A stretch of DNA of 64,000 nucleotides from an uncultured Chromatiaceae bacterium (GTDB taxonomy: Bacteria; Pseudomonadota; Gammaproteobacteria; Tenderiales; Tenderiaceae): positions 9,088 to 73,087 of the forward strand of contig CAMYNQ010000001.1 in the NCBI GenBank assembly GCA_947259785.1, given 5' to 3'. Below the pieces are notes generated by a model, which made no database searches, had not been told where the DNA came from, and worked only from the letters and a program-made list of their open reading frames with translations. A program made the position numbers and the translations under genes. This document shows, in pieces, positions 19,260-29,241 of this stretch; position 1 is the stretch's first letter; each line of letters starts with the position of its first letter.

Positions 19260-20114
19260 TCATGTTGCAAGGTCTGCATATGATATCAATTTCACACCCT
19301 TGCGCTCCAACAAATCTTTTACACCCTGATTCGTCAAGGCTTTGAGTTCATCTTGCCAGCGGTACTCCCAATGATCATAGCGGCAATCCGCGTCGTAATC
19401 TCCTGGATGGCACATCAGCTCGCAGGCTCCATTGGCGGGGAGGTTTTTTAAAACCTTCCGTAAGTTTTCTTCGCTTACATTACCACCGAAGAAAAAACCA
19501 AAAAAGTAATCGGGTCGTTTGGAACCCGATGTATTCGCAACGGAACAGAAGGTGTTTAACGCAAGAAGCTGCACCAATCGACTCAAGCTATGCTTTTCAT
19601 TCAACATGTACGACTTCAACCGCTCCTTGGGATAACGAATTGAAGGTATGGAATACTTCTTGGCTAGTTCACCGACTATTCTTCGAATACCCGGCAGCAT
19701 ATGAATGTGCTGATGACTATCAAGATGACTAATCTCTATAGAGTTATTCAAGACCTTCTGAATTTGCGCATCGAGCTCGCGTCTAACCTCATCAAGAGAT
19801 ACTTTCCCGAGAAAATATCGCTTCATAAAGCTAACCGCGTGACCATAGAAGCGCCCGTTATTATCAAGCAGTGTTGTTATATCCTCTTTATTTGATAGTG
19901 CTTCTTCCTCGATTAGGGTTAGATGTATTCCAATATCGAGGGTAGGTGTGGATCGGGATAGCTGAATGGCATGATCAAAAGCCGTCCCGACCGACATAAT
20001 TGAAGTGGAGGTGAGAATGCCATTGCGGTGCGCCTCTAAAATTCCTTCGTTTATTTTTTCCGACAGACCGAAGTCATCGGCATGCACAATGAGCTTACAA
20101 TTAGCCATAGACAT
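19260..20114 (-). CDS. YdjC-family carbohydrate deacetylase (ChbG/NaxD/HpnK-like)
   Basis: KLIVHADDFGLSEKINEGILEAHRNGILTSTSIM and LDIGIHLTL are signature YdjC N-terminal motifs. Confidence 0.85.
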   Translation of the reverse strand: MSMANCKLIVHADDFGLSEKINEGILEAHRNGILTSTSIMSVGTAFDHAIQLSRSTPTLDIGIHLTLIEEEALSNKEDITTLLDNNGRFYGHAVSFMKRYFLGKVSLDEVRRELDAQIQKVLNNSIEISHLDSHQHIHMLPGIRRIVGELAKKYSIPSIRYPKERLKSYMLNEKHSLSRLVQLLALNTFCSVANTSGSKRPDYFFGFFFGGNVSEENLRKVLKNLPANGACELMCHPGDYDADCRYDHWEYRWQDELKALTNQGVKDLLERKGVKLISYADLAT

Positions 20115-20122
20115 AACATACT

Positions 20123-20635
20123 CTAATAGGAAATCCCCTCATGCGATGAATCCGCAAAGGTCCAGTATTTATTACCAAAAAAATTAAGCATCATCACAAC
20201 ACCAACAGTGATGAACCACACGACAACATAGGGGCCAGAGAGCAAGTCAACAAAGACAAAAATGATGATAGTACTCAACATCAATCCCAAGACATTAAGA
20301 ATAAAGAAACGATGCGCCTGCCGAACCGCATCCCCTTGCGCCTCGAAGGTCCATAACTTGTTTAGGATAAAACTATTTATCATTCCCGCAAGATAACCAA
20401 CGACATTAGCAAGCGCCGCATCCATACCATGTATACCAAATTCGGCCAGCAGGGTTTCTATTTGCCACCCCAATGACCCCGCAGCATCTAGAACCAGGGC
20501 AGTAAAAGGCCAGACTTTGTAACATAAAATAAAAACAATAAAACTCACCAAAACATTAAGGCAACCAACAATGGCGAATTTGGCGAACTGCTTTGTATTC
20601 AGCAATGTCACTAAATTTGTTAATACAGCTTTCAT
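20123..20635 (-). CDS. GtrA-family small membrane protein (polyprenyl-phosphate-sugar translocation)
   Basis: 170 aa with 4 TM helices. FAKFAIVGCLNVLVSFIVF at the N-terminus and FGNKYWTF at the C-terminus, both typical of GtrA. Confidence 0.8.
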   Translation of the reverse strand: MKAVLTNLVTLLNTKQFAKFAIVGCLNVLVSFIVFILCYKVWPFTALVLDAAGSLGWQIETLLAEFGIHGMDAALANVVGYLAGMINSFILNKLWTFEAQGDAVRQAHRFFILNVLGLMLSTIIIFVFVDLLSGPYVVVWFITVGVVMMLNFFGNKYWTFADSSHEGISY

Positions 20636-21660
20636 GGTCTGAAATTTGTATTCTCTGCCGATGACATTGCGTTATCTGCTTCGCGCGCAGATTGCCCAAC
20701 ACCCTCTCTCTCGCTCACGAGAAACCTTGGGCGCCCTCGTACTTCTTCGACAATTCTACCCACGTATTCTGCCAAAACAGCCAAAAATGCAAACAACACA
20801 CCAAACAGAAAAGAGATAATCGCGACGGACGAGGCCCATCCAGGAACGGCGGACCCCACTACCCACTTGCTAAGTATTGCGTAAAAGACACTAACAAAGG
20901 CTATCCCGGAGGAAAGGAGCCCTATTAAGATACCAATGCGTAGCGGCACAAGTGAAAATGAACTAATACCATGCCAGGCAAACTTAAGCATTTTTCGAAA
21001 AGTATATTTAGTCTGACCGCTAAACCGGCTACGACAATTGAACTTTACAATGGAGCTTGGGTACCCGACCCACTGGACAATCCCTCTGAGGAACAGACCT
21101 TCCTCCTTAAACTGCAAAATATCATCAAGCGCTTGACGATCCAGGAGTCGAAAATCGGCCATCCCGCCTTGTATCTCTACACCACTAAGATATGAAAACA
21201 ATCGATAATAGAGTTTGGATGTTAATTTCTTAAATACTGATATATTTTCTCCATCCACACGCACGGTTTTCACAATCTTATTGCCTTTGCACCATTCGTC
21301 AACAAGGAGCGGGACAACCTCTGGTGGGTGTTGCAGATCGGCATCCATGGAGATAACAGCGTCGCCGACGGCGTTACTCAGACCCGCGATCAACGCGTGT
21401 TGATGACCGAAATTGCGGGACAAACGAATGCCGCGCACGCGCGGGTCTTCATTGTGGAGGGACTTAATATCGTTCCACGTATCGTCCGTGCTGCCATCAT
21501 CAACGAAAACTATCTCCCAAGACATATAAAGGGTAGATAATGCTCCGTCGAGCTCAGTGTAAAGTTTAGACAGATTGCCTTGCTCATTAAATGCAGGAAC
21601 AACAATCGATAGGGTTGGGTGTTCGTCTGCAGGATTGGTGTTGCTTATATTTGGTCTCAT
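20632..21660 (-). CDS. GT2 polyprenyl-phosphate hexosyltransferase (GtrB/ArnC/DPM1-like)
   Basis: LSIVVPAFNEQGNL, IVFVDDGSTDDT and ISMDADLQHPPE, plus two C-terminal TM helices. 4-nt overlap with the gtrA-like gene. Confidence 0.85.
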   Translation of the reverse strand: MRPNISNTNPADEHPTLSIVVPAFNEQGNLSKLYTELDGALSTLYMSWEIVFVDDGSTDDTWNDIKSLHNEDPRVRGIRLSRNFGHQHALIAGLSNAVGDAVISMDADLQHPPEVVPLLVDEWCKGNKIVKTVRVDGENISVFKKLTSKLYYRLFSYLSGVEIQGGMADFRLLDRQALDDILQFKEEGLFLRGIVQWVGYPSSIVKFNCRSRFSGQTKYTFRKMLKFAWHGISSFSLVPLRIGILIGLLSSGIAFVSVFYAILSKWVVGSAVPGWASSVAIISFLFGVLFAFLAVLAEYVGRIVEEVRGRPRFLVSEREGVGQSAREADNAMSSAENTNFRP

Positions 21661-21736
21661 CTAACTCACCAAAAACTTGGAATAGTCAATAATTGCGCAA
21701 TAATACCTTTGTGACAAGCTAATCACCATTGATCAT

Positions 21737-22276
21737 CTAACCACGCGTGAGCCAATCGCCTATGGCGTGAAGCGTGGGAAGTTCCAGCTCGCACTCGGCA
21801 GGCATTCCTGCCCCGTTTAGCAGTTTGAGATTGTATCGCACCCCCGCAGCCCGGCCAGCCTCCAGATCCGAATCCTTGTCTCCCACCAGCACAGAGCGGG
21901 AAAGATCCAAATCAAACTCTTTCTGTGCTTTCAGGATCATCCCCGGATTCGGCTTACGGTCGAAGGAATCCCGCCGGTATTCGCCGATGCCAGCGGTAGG
22001 ATGATAGGGGCAGTAATAAACCCGATGAATCTGAACCCCATGATTGGCGAACTGTTCCGTCATCCACTCCGTCAAGCGCTCATAGTCCGCCACCGTGTAG
22101 TAACCTCGGCCGATGCCCGCCTGGTTGGTGATTATAATCAGCTTGAATTCCAACGTTTGTGCCAGCGTGCATAGTTCAAAGATCCCCTCAATGAACTCGA
22201 AGTCGTCGATCCGGTGGACGTAGTTTTTCTCCGCGTTAATCACACCGTCACGGTCGAGGAAGAGGGCTTTGTTCAT
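21737..22276 (-). CDS. gmhB: D-glycero-D-manno-heptose 1,7-bisphosphate phosphatase (HAD superfamily)
   Basis: FLDRDGVIN (DxDx), [25 protein letters not shown] and [11 protein letters not shown]. Confidence 0.8.
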   Translation of the reverse strand: MNKALFLDRDGVINAEKNYVHRIDDFEFIEGIFELCTLAQTLEFKLIIITNQAGIGRGYYTVADYERLTEWMTEQFANHGVQIHRVYYCPYHPTAGIGEYRRDSFDRKPNPGMILKAQKEFDLDLSRSVLVGDKDSDLEAGRAAGVRYNLKLLNGAGMPAECELELPTLHAIGDWLTRG

Positions 22277-22322
22277 TGTTGCAGCCTCATACGGCCACCC
22301 TGTTCGCGGCTACCAGCTCCTA

Positions 22323-23057
22323 TCATAGCCGGCCGGATTGTTCAGATAGTGATGAGAGCACCCCTTGGGCGCGGGAGTAATCTTCGGGCACACCTATATC
22401 GATAAACACCCCCGTCGTCTCGAAGGCCAGTGGCCTGAGTTCGCTGACATGAGGCATCAGCAGGTCTGTCTCGAAGGAGAAAATGCTTGAGAGCGAATAG
22501 CATTCGAAAAGGTCACGCGACAAAAGATAGACACCACCGTTGATCACGCCTGGACCTGAACGCCCCTTTTCAAAAACCCCCTGGATATGCTTCCTCTCGA
22601 TTTCCAGGGCACCGTAACGGCCGGCGTCAGGAACGCTGCAGACGGCGACCGTGAGAGAGGCATCGGCGTCGAGGTGGGCGGCCAGCATGGCCTGGTAGTC
22701 GAGTTGCAGGTAGGTATCGCCGTTCACCACAAAGACATGAGGGGCGGTGGTCCGTGCCAACGCCTGACGCATGGCGCCGCCGGTGCCGAGGGGTTCGGTT
22801 TCAACTGAATAGCTTAGGCGCAGTGATCGGTAACGATCCCCAAAACAGTCCCGTATCGCCTCACTCCGATAGCCGACAGCCAGGGTAACCGCTGTGAATC
22901 CGGCGTCGCTGAGTGTATCCAGCAGGATGGCGAGAAAAGGCCTGCCATTGATGGGCGCCATCGGTTTGGGCAGGTCAGCGACTACACTTTTAAGCCGGGT
23001 TCCCAACCCGCCTGCCAGGATGATGGCTTCCATGCCTGGGTTCTCAGCGACGGTCAT
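22323..23057 (-). CDS. hddC: D-glycero-alpha-D-manno-heptose 1-phosphate guanylyltransferase-like nucleotidyltransferase
   Basis: AIILAGGLGTRLKSVVADLPKPMAPINGRPFL. Sits between the hddA- and gmhB-like genes. Start at MTVAEN (23057) follows AGGAGA. Confidence 0.7.
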   Translation of the reverse strand: MTVAENPGMEAIILAGGLGTRLKSVVADLPKPMAPINGRPFLAILLDTLSDAGFTAVTLAVGYRSEAIRDCFGDRYRSLRLSYSVETEPLGTGGAMRQALARTTAPHVFVVNGDTYLQLDYQAMLAAHLDADASLTVAVCSVPDAGRYGALEIERKHIQGVFEKGRSGPGVINGGVYLLSRDLFECYSLSSIFSFETDLLMPHVSELRPLAFETTGVFIDIGVPEDYSRAQGVLSSLSEQSGRL

Positions 23058-23093
23058 CACTACTCTCCTGAATATCTGCTGCAACCACCTGCG

Positions 23094-24122
23094 TTAATAG
23101 ATCTTCCATCCCTGGCTTCCATATTTGGTGAAATGGCAACTGGAGACCTGGCCTTTGGTATTTTGCAAGGCACGTATGACGTCCATGCGTTTGGCCGGGT
23201 CTACAAGCAGCATCATGAAGCCACCACCTCCAGCACCTGAAATCTTACCCACTTTCATCCCAGCCTCTTTCGCTAGTGCATAGGTTTCTTCTATTTCTGG
23301 ATTGGAGATACTCTTTGCCATACGTTTTTTGGCCACCCAGCCGGCTTCCATAGAGCGCACCAGACCATCAAAGTCCCCTTTTAACAGGCACTCCTTGATT
23401 TGTATTGCCTCCTGTTTCAGGGCATGCATAGCCTCGATGGCATCCGAGTCGTTCTGTTTGACGTTGTTGGCTTGTTCGTCGATGATCTCTGCCGATTGAC
23501 GTGAAACACCGCCAAAATAGAGCAACAGGGAAGATTCAAGTTCAGAGATGATCCAGTTCTTGATCCGAAGGGGATTGACCACTACCCGCTCGTCCTTATG
23601 GAATTCCATAAAGTTAAAGCCACCAAAGGTGGCTGCATACTGATCCTGACGCCCACCCGAGAGACCAACATCGATACGTTCAATTTCATAGGCAAGCCGG
23701 GCGATATCATACTCGCCAAGGGGCAAATTCAACCATTCGACAAAGGCCTTGATCATGGAAACCACCAGGGTCGAGGAGGAACCCAGGCCGGAACCGGGAG
23801 GGGCATCAGAATGAGTCGTCAAAGTCAGCGACAACGGCTCGCCATTGTTGAACTGTTTCACGATGCGATTATAGACGCCCTTGTGCAGATCCAGGGTTCC
23901 GTCCAACGCCAAGCTGGAAGCTACATCAGCTTGCCACGTCTCCTGCCGGTCAGAGGCCACAAATCTAACCATTGCATCTACTGCAGGCTCGATGGTGGTA
24001 TAGGCGTATTTGTCGATGGTGGCATTCAAGACAACTCCGCCGTACATATCACAGTAGGGCGAAACATCTGTACCACCGCCAGCCAACCCAAGCCTAAGCG
24101 GCGCCCTGGCTCTTATTATCAT
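23094..24122 (-). CDS. hddA: GHMP-family D-glycero-alpha-D-manno-heptose 7-phosphate kinase
   Basis: [22 protein letters not shown] motif [10 protein letters not shown] and [11 protein letters not shown]. Start at MIIRARAP (24122, GGAG 9 nt upstream) overlaps the 3' end of the upstream gene. Confidence 0.8.
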   Translation of the reverse strand: MIIRARAPLRLGLAGGGTDVSPYCDMYGGVVLNATIDKYAYTTIEPAVDAMVRFVASDRQETWQADVASSLALDGTLDLHKGVYNRIVKQFNNGEPLSLTLTTHSDAPPGSGLGSSSTLVVSMIKAFVEWLNLPLGEYDIARLAYEIERIDVGLSGGRQDQYAATFGGFNFMEFHKDERVVVNPLRIKNWIISELESSLLLYFGGVSRQSAEIIDEQANNVKQNDSDAIEAMHALKQEAIQIKECLLKGDFDGLVRSMEAGWVAKKRMAKSISNPEIEETYALAKEAGMKVGKISGAGGGGFMMLLVDPAKRMDVIRALQNTKGQVSSCHFTKYGSQGWKIY

Positions 24123-26244
24123 TGGTATCATCTCCGGGAAATTTGTTCGTGTAATTATCATCACTCATCCACTGCGCAAGCAAGGATTTGAGCTGACTTG
24201 CAATCTGCGGATTTTGCTCAAGCACATTGTAGCGGCATGCTGCATCTTCACGGATATTGAAGAGCTGATACAAAGCGCCATCACTGAGCGGCTGGTAAGT
24301 GAGCTTCCACTCGCCCAATCTCACCATGCGGTCTTTGGCGGCGATAATAATGTCCTGGTACTGAGGCTTAAGCGAGATCATTCCCCGCTCTTTGTCCGGC
24401 ACCTCCAATAATTCAGGCAGATTGGGGTAACGCAGGTGCCCATCCGGGGTGCCTGGCAGGTCGGTAAGCCAGACCCCTGTCTCGTAAAATGCAGGCAGCT
24501 CGTCGGCAAGGGGCTCATCACTCATCAACGGGCGTAATGAAACGCCTTCCATCGAATCAGGAAGAGGAAAATCAATCAACTCCAAAAGAGTGGGCGCAAG
24601 ATCCACCGTCCTCACTACATCAGCAATTGTCCTTGACTGTGGATTGCGTGGATCAGCGATGACCAGCGGTACGCGCGCGGAAAAATCGCCAATGGCGGAA
24701 TTGCCCTGGCCCCAGGTCTCATGCTCAAAAAACTCCATGCCATGGTCACTGAAGACGCCGACGATGGTGTTATCCGCCAAACCGGAGGCCTCCAGATAAT
24801 CCAGGATACGCTTCAGCTCATCATCAAAATTCTTCACGCAGCCATCGTAGAGATTGATGATCTGATCGAGATCGAACTCTGTCTTTGGCTCGCCCTGACG
24901 ACGGATGATCTCGAAGGGGTCTCTGAGCCTGGCCATAGCAAACTTGGATTCGCCTCGATACTCCTGGTCTGCATACATGGAGTAATAAGGATATTTGGAG
25001 GTAAAAGGCGGATGGGTTGTCGCCATAAACGACATCAGAAAGAAAGGCGCATCCTGTTGGGCCAGGCGGGCAATCATCCGTCGGGTATCCCGCCCCTCCT
25101 CTTCCGTCAAGGGGTGTCCGCCCAGATAATAGACTTCAGGCAAAAAGGTCTTACCAAACCAGTTCTGCGTAAACAGGGACAGAAATAGACGAATATCCTT
25201 GGGGCCTTGACGCAGCAGATATTTGATATTCCACTGATCAGTAGGCATATCGGTGTAATCAAAACCAAAATCAAATTTATCCACATCAGAAACAGCCCAG
25301 TCACCAACCGCAGCTGTCTTATATCCCCTCTTAGCCAGGATCTCCGGCAGCGCAGCAACCGGGATGCGCGTCTCATCCGGGCTAACAAAGGTATCGCGCA
25401 CCCCATGAGTATGGGGCCAGGTACCCGTCAACATGGAAACCAGGCTGGGTGCCGTACGCGCACAGGGGACATAACAATCCGTAAAACGGGTGGCACGACG
25501 GGACAAGGCCTCAAGGGTAGGGGTCAATTCACGGGGATAACCCGTGCCGTTCAAACGATCGGCCCGCAAGGTGTCCGAACCTATCAAGATTATATTGGGT
25601 GCGGCACGATCCCCCTTTGCCTGGACTGGACGGGGTTCACGACGCCATGAGAAGAAGCCTATAACAACGGCATAAAAAACAATAATTACCATCACAAAGC
25701 CAAAGCTCTGCCAATTACTTTCACCCGCCAAAGAAAACAGGCCGGCAGAAAGCCAGCCTGTAACAACAATCCCCATACATATATCGAACATGCGGAGACG
25801 CGCAGGGTTCAACCACTCCCAAAGCCCATAAAAGCGAGTCAGTGAATAGTTAGACGAAGAAGCAAGCACCCCCGGCGACAAAATCAGCGTATGCAAAAAC
25901 CGGCGCGCAGTCAGAAAGAAGATACCTAACGCAGCTGCCACCGCAGCCATGACCGAACCATAACTATGGTCAAACAGAATCAGGCCAATGACATACAACA
26001 ACACGCCAAGAAACGCCATGCCAGTGCTAATCAAAAAAGTATAGAAGGCAAGCCTGCCAAGAGAATAGACCAGGTAAAAACGGTAATGAGATAAGACCTC
26101 GCCAGACATCTGCGGACCGGTGCGGGTAAAATCGCGCAATGACTTGGCAAGCAACAACAAAGTAAAAGCCATACCCACAAGCGCGCTCATCCCCAGGCCA
26201 TAAGCAAGAGCGTTGAGGGTCACATTACTTCCAACAGACGTCAT
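24094..26244 (-). CDS. Membrane-anchored alkaline-phosphatase/sulfatase-superfamily protein (putative phospho-substituent transferase)
   Basis: About 6 N-terminal TM helices, then [30 protein letters not shown] (Thr at the position of the sulfatase Cys/Ser; no CxPxR) and VFSDHGMEF. Confidence 0.7.
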   Translation of the reverse strand: MTSVGSNVTLNALAYGLGMSALVGMAFTLLLLAKSLRDFTRTGPQMSGEVLSHYRFYLVYSLGRLAFYTFLISTGMAFLGVLLYVIGLILFDHSYGSVMAAVAAALGIFFLTARRFLHTLILSPGVLASSSNYSLTRFYGLWEWLNPARLRMFDICMGIVVTGWLSAGLFSLAGESNWQSFGFVMVIIVFYAVVIGFFSWRREPRPVQAKGDRAAPNIILIGSDTLRADRLNGTGYPRELTPTLEALSRRATRFTDCYVPCARTAPSLVSMLTGTWPHTHGVRDTFVSPDETRIPVAALPEILAKRGYKTAAVGDWAVSDVDKFDFGFDYTDMPTDQWNIKYLLRQGPKDIRLFLSLFTQNWFGKTFLPEVYYLGGHPLTEEEGRDTRRMIARLAQQDAPFFLMSFMATTHPPFTSKYPYYSMYADQEYRGESKFAMARLRDPFEIIRRQGEPKTEFDLDQIINLYDGCVKNFDDELKRILDYLEASGLADNTIVGVFSDHGMEFFEHETWGQGNSAIGDFSARVPLVIADPRNPQSRTIADVVRTVDLAPTLLELIDFPLPDSMEGVSLRPLMSDEPLADELPAFYETGVWLTDLPGTPDGHLRYPNLPELLEVPDKERGMISLKPQYQDIIIAAKDRMVRLGEWKLTYQPLSDGALYQLFNIREDAACRYNVLEQNPQIASQLKSLLAQWMSDDNYTNKFPGDDTNDNKSQGAA

Positions 26245-26330
26245 CTAGCTACGCCCCCACAACTTCGCCCCTGAAACCCCTGCCACAACAGATGATCGCA
26301 ATACAGATGTGTATATCAATACTCCCTGCC

Positions 26331-27233
26331 TCATAAGTCGCGCCCCAGCAACATATCTTTGAACAGCCCCAGGCAAAGACGGCCCTGAGAGAGCGGGGCG
26401 AAAAAGAAAGCCCGCCGCAAATCACGCAAGGCAGCACCACGCCGGCCGATGCGGTATTGCCATTTGGCATAATCGGCAAACACAGCGGCCATGCCTTTGC
26501 GCCAATGACCTTCCTGTAGTTGAATAGGGAGCAGGGAGCGGTTTTTTTCCATCACCTGAATCGCAGCATCCCGCATCACCGCCAGGTTGCGACTCATGCT
26601 ATCCGGGCGTTTAAGAATAACCGCTAAAGGTTCATTGACACAGGCATATCCGGCAACAGCGGCCAACCGCATCCACATGTCAATATCCTCCAGACTTTTC
26701 AAGCCCTCATCAAACAGACCGGCCTTTTCGAACAACTCTCGTCGCGCCATTACGCCAGAACCACTACCCGCTACCGCGGCATTCTCGTGAAACAATGCCT
26801 CCAGAAAGGAACCCTGCCACTGCGGGCACGGCCACAGATTAAGAAAATTACCGTCGGGATCTTCCACATTGGTAGCGACAGAACAAAAGCCGATCTCTGG
26901 ATGATCCTGCATAAGCCTGACTTGAGCCTCAAGCTTACCAGGCAGCCACCAATCATCGGCATCCAGGAAAGCAACGTAATCACCGCGCGCCGTCTGAATA
27001 CCGGTGTTACGGGCATTCGAAAGCCCGCCATTGGCCTGCTTCACCACACACAACTTCTCGCCATAAGGGGCTAAAACCTGCTGAGTATCATCGCTACTGC
27101 CATCATCGACAACGATGATCTCCATCGAGCGATACCCCTGTTCCAGCACGCTATCGATGGCACGACAGATACACCAAGCGGCGTTGTAGGCTGGGATAAT
27201 GACTGAGACTAATGGGTCAGACAGCTGTGTCAT
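26331..27233 (-). CDS. GT2-family glycosyltransferase
   Basis: VSVIIPAYNAAWCICRAIDSVLEQ, IIVVDDGSSDDT and AFLDADDWW. Confidence 0.85.
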   Translation of the reverse strand: MTQLSDPLVSVIIPAYNAAWCICRAIDSVLEQGYRSMEIIVVDDGSSDDTQQVLAPYGEKLCVVKQANGGLSNARNTGIQTARGDYVAFLDADDWWLPGKLEAQVRLMQDHPEIGFCSVATNVEDPDGNFLNLWPCPQWQGSFLEALFHENAAVAGSGSGVMARRELFEKAGLFDEGLKSLEDIDMWMRLAAVAGYACVNEPLAVILKRPDSMSRNLAVMRDAAIQVMEKNRSLLPIQLQEGHWRKGMAAVFADYAKWQYRIGRRGAALRDLRRAFFFAPLSQGRLCLGLFKDMLLGRDL

Positions 27234-28164
27234 AACCTAGCTCCTTCATCACAGGGTGAATCATCTCGAGTATGCGTTCGATCGCCTCAGGATTATGTTT
27301 CTTCCATTTTTGCCTGGTCGGCGCCCCCTTAACGATACTGGTTGGACGTTTGTTCAACCCAGCACAACGTCTCTCAAGCTCACTGCTAAATGGAATACCC
27401 AGCCGTTCAAACACCCTTCTATACATTTCAACCGGTTGCTCAAAGATGTCTTCATAACGCAGTTGGATCCATTGCTGCTGGGGAATGGTACGTTTAGCCT
27501 CAAGCGCCATCCTGTTGGCGGTAAGCCACTGATAGGCACAAACCTCTTCTAAAGAGGCATGATTGTAGTCGCGCCAACCCGGCGGCAGGAAAAAAGACCA
27601 TTCTAAAAATTCACCATTATTGATCGCTACAGGCTCGGGAGACTCGCCCAAAAATTGAGAGAGCCGAAAATGGCCATCATGACGCCAGCCATCCATCATC
27701 GAACTAATGTTGTCGCGCCCATCACGGTGAATAAAGATAAAGGTGGCATCCGGGAAGAGCTTATAGAGATAGGGCAGACGCATGACATTGATACAGGTCT
27801 TGTCCAGCACCTGGCCCCACCCCAAACGCTGATAGAAATAACGCAGCACGGAATCACGATGCTCCGGCCAGGCATGCTCAACACCTGCCGCCTCCGAGTC
27901 CCAGCCATTTTTATGCGGGCCCCACAGACTATTCCAGAAGCTCGGGATCTCATAACCGAAGGAAAGCAATTGCGGTGCGGCGGCAATGGTTTCATAGGTA
28001 ACAGTAGTACCGGAACGGGAGCAGCCTATGACAAATACCGGATCAGGCATTTTGGGTCGGCTAATATCCCAAGCGACTCCACGCAGTCCATATTTAAGCT
28101 CACGCAGATTCTTTGTCCGGATTTCCGGGTCCAGTAATTTGTGAAGGTTCTGGAGCTTCGACAT
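27217..28164 (-). CDS. Sulfotransferase (3 of 7)
   Basis: VFVIGCSRSGTTVTYE (5'-PSB) and FIFIHRDGRDNISS (3'-PB). Start at MSKLQN (28164) lies 2 nt after the upstream stop; the longer track ORF is discarded. Confidence 0.75.
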   Translation of the reverse strand: MSKLQNLHKLLDPEIRTKNLRELKYGLRGVAWDISRPKMPDPVFVIGCSRSGTTVTYETIAAAPQLLSFGYEIPSFWNSLWGPHKNGWDSEAAGVEHAWPEHRDSVLRYFYQRLGWGQVLDKTCINVMRLPYLYKLFPDATFIFIHRDGRDNISSMMDGWRHDGHFRLSQFLGESPEPVAINNGEFLEWSFFLPPGWRDYNHASLEEVCAYQWLTANRMALEAKRTIPQQQWIQLRYEDIFEQPVEMYRRVFERLGIPFSSELERRCAGLNKRPTSIVKGAPTRQKWKKHNPEAIERILEMIHPVMKELGYDTAV

Positions 28165-28166
28165 GA

Positions 28167-29138
28167 TCAGTCCTCCCCCACGCTGGTGGAATTGGCCCGA
28201 AGCCTTTCCTTGTGCCGATGCTGATAACCGCGAAGCTCCCCCAGTGCCGCTGCCGAACGCACCAGATAAAAACGGCGCTTTTTCCAACTTAGCGCGGTCA
28301 ACACAGAGAACAGATAACCGGCGAGTTTGCGATACATGAACGCCGGCACACCATTGTAACCCTTGTCATCGGCCAGGCGCACCATGGAATCGGAGCGCGC
28401 ATAGGCCTTCTTAATCAAATACGGCAAGGTAAGGCGCTCACCATCCACATAGTGATACTGCACCACACCGGGCACATACTGCAGTCGCGCACCAAGATGC
28501 AAGGCTCTTCTCACCCACTCCAGGTCCTCTGCCCCGCCAAGATCATGTCCCGTCGGCCCAAACGCAGTAGAAAACTCCCCCACCTTTCCGAGCCACTCTT
28601 TCCTCAGGAACAGGTTGCCGCCGCCGGGAATGGCCGTATCCAAACCTAATCCCATCGGCTCATCGCCCTGATCGAAGCGTGGCACTGGCAAGGGATAGAT
28701 ACGATAAGGCCCCGTGTCATGCACCCAGTCGGGTTCTGAACCATCCCAATCAGGCAAAATGCGGCCACAAAAAAGATCGGCGTCTGAATACTGCTCCGCT
28801 GCATCGCAAATGTTAGTCAAGTAATCCACATCCACCCGGTGATCATCATCGACAAAGGCCACCAGTTCGGATTGAATCCTCGGCATCGCGGTATTTAAGG
28901 CATTCGATTTACCAGGCGTGGATTCTTCGATCCAGTTCAGGGAAAAACCACCGAGTGACTCTTTTTGAAATCTGGCGAGATACTCAAGGGTGTTGTCGCT
29001 ACATGCGTTGGCAACTACAAAAATATCTACTTTCCAATTTTCCGGAGAACGAGCCTTATTCAAGTGCTCAAGCGTGCGCAACAAAAGTTCGGCACGATTG
29101 TGAGTGCAAATCAGGATGGTAAGACCATTCATGATCAT
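28167..29138 (-). CDS. GT2-family glycosyltransferase (tandem paralogue A)
   Basis: LTILICTHNRAELLLRTLEHL, VVANACSDNT and AFVDDDH. The start (ATG 29138 or 29132, or TTG 29165) is uncertain. Confidence 0.8.
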   Translation of the reverse strand: MIMNGLTILICTHNRAELLLRTLEHLNKARSPENWKVDIFVVANACSDNTLEYLARFQKESLGGFSLNWIEESTPGKSNALNTAMPRIQSELVAFVDDDHRVDVDYLTNICDAAEQYSDADLFCGRILPDWDGSEPDWVHDTGPYRIYPLPVPRFDQGDEPMGLGLDTAIPGGGNLFLRKEWLGKVGEFSTAFGPTGHDLGGAEDLEWVRRALHLGARLQYVPGVVQYHYVDGERLTLPYLIKKAYARSDSMVRLADDKGYNGVPAFMYRKLAGYLFSVLTALSWKKRRFYLVRSAAALGELRGYQHRHKERLRANSTSVGED

Positions 29139-29241
29139 ACGACTACTGAATGAGCCGGTACGCAATCGACATTTGTAGGAGTGGCTTCAGCCGCGAACGG
29201 ACGTGCCACCTTTCTACAAGATCGTGGTTTCGGCTGGTGGC

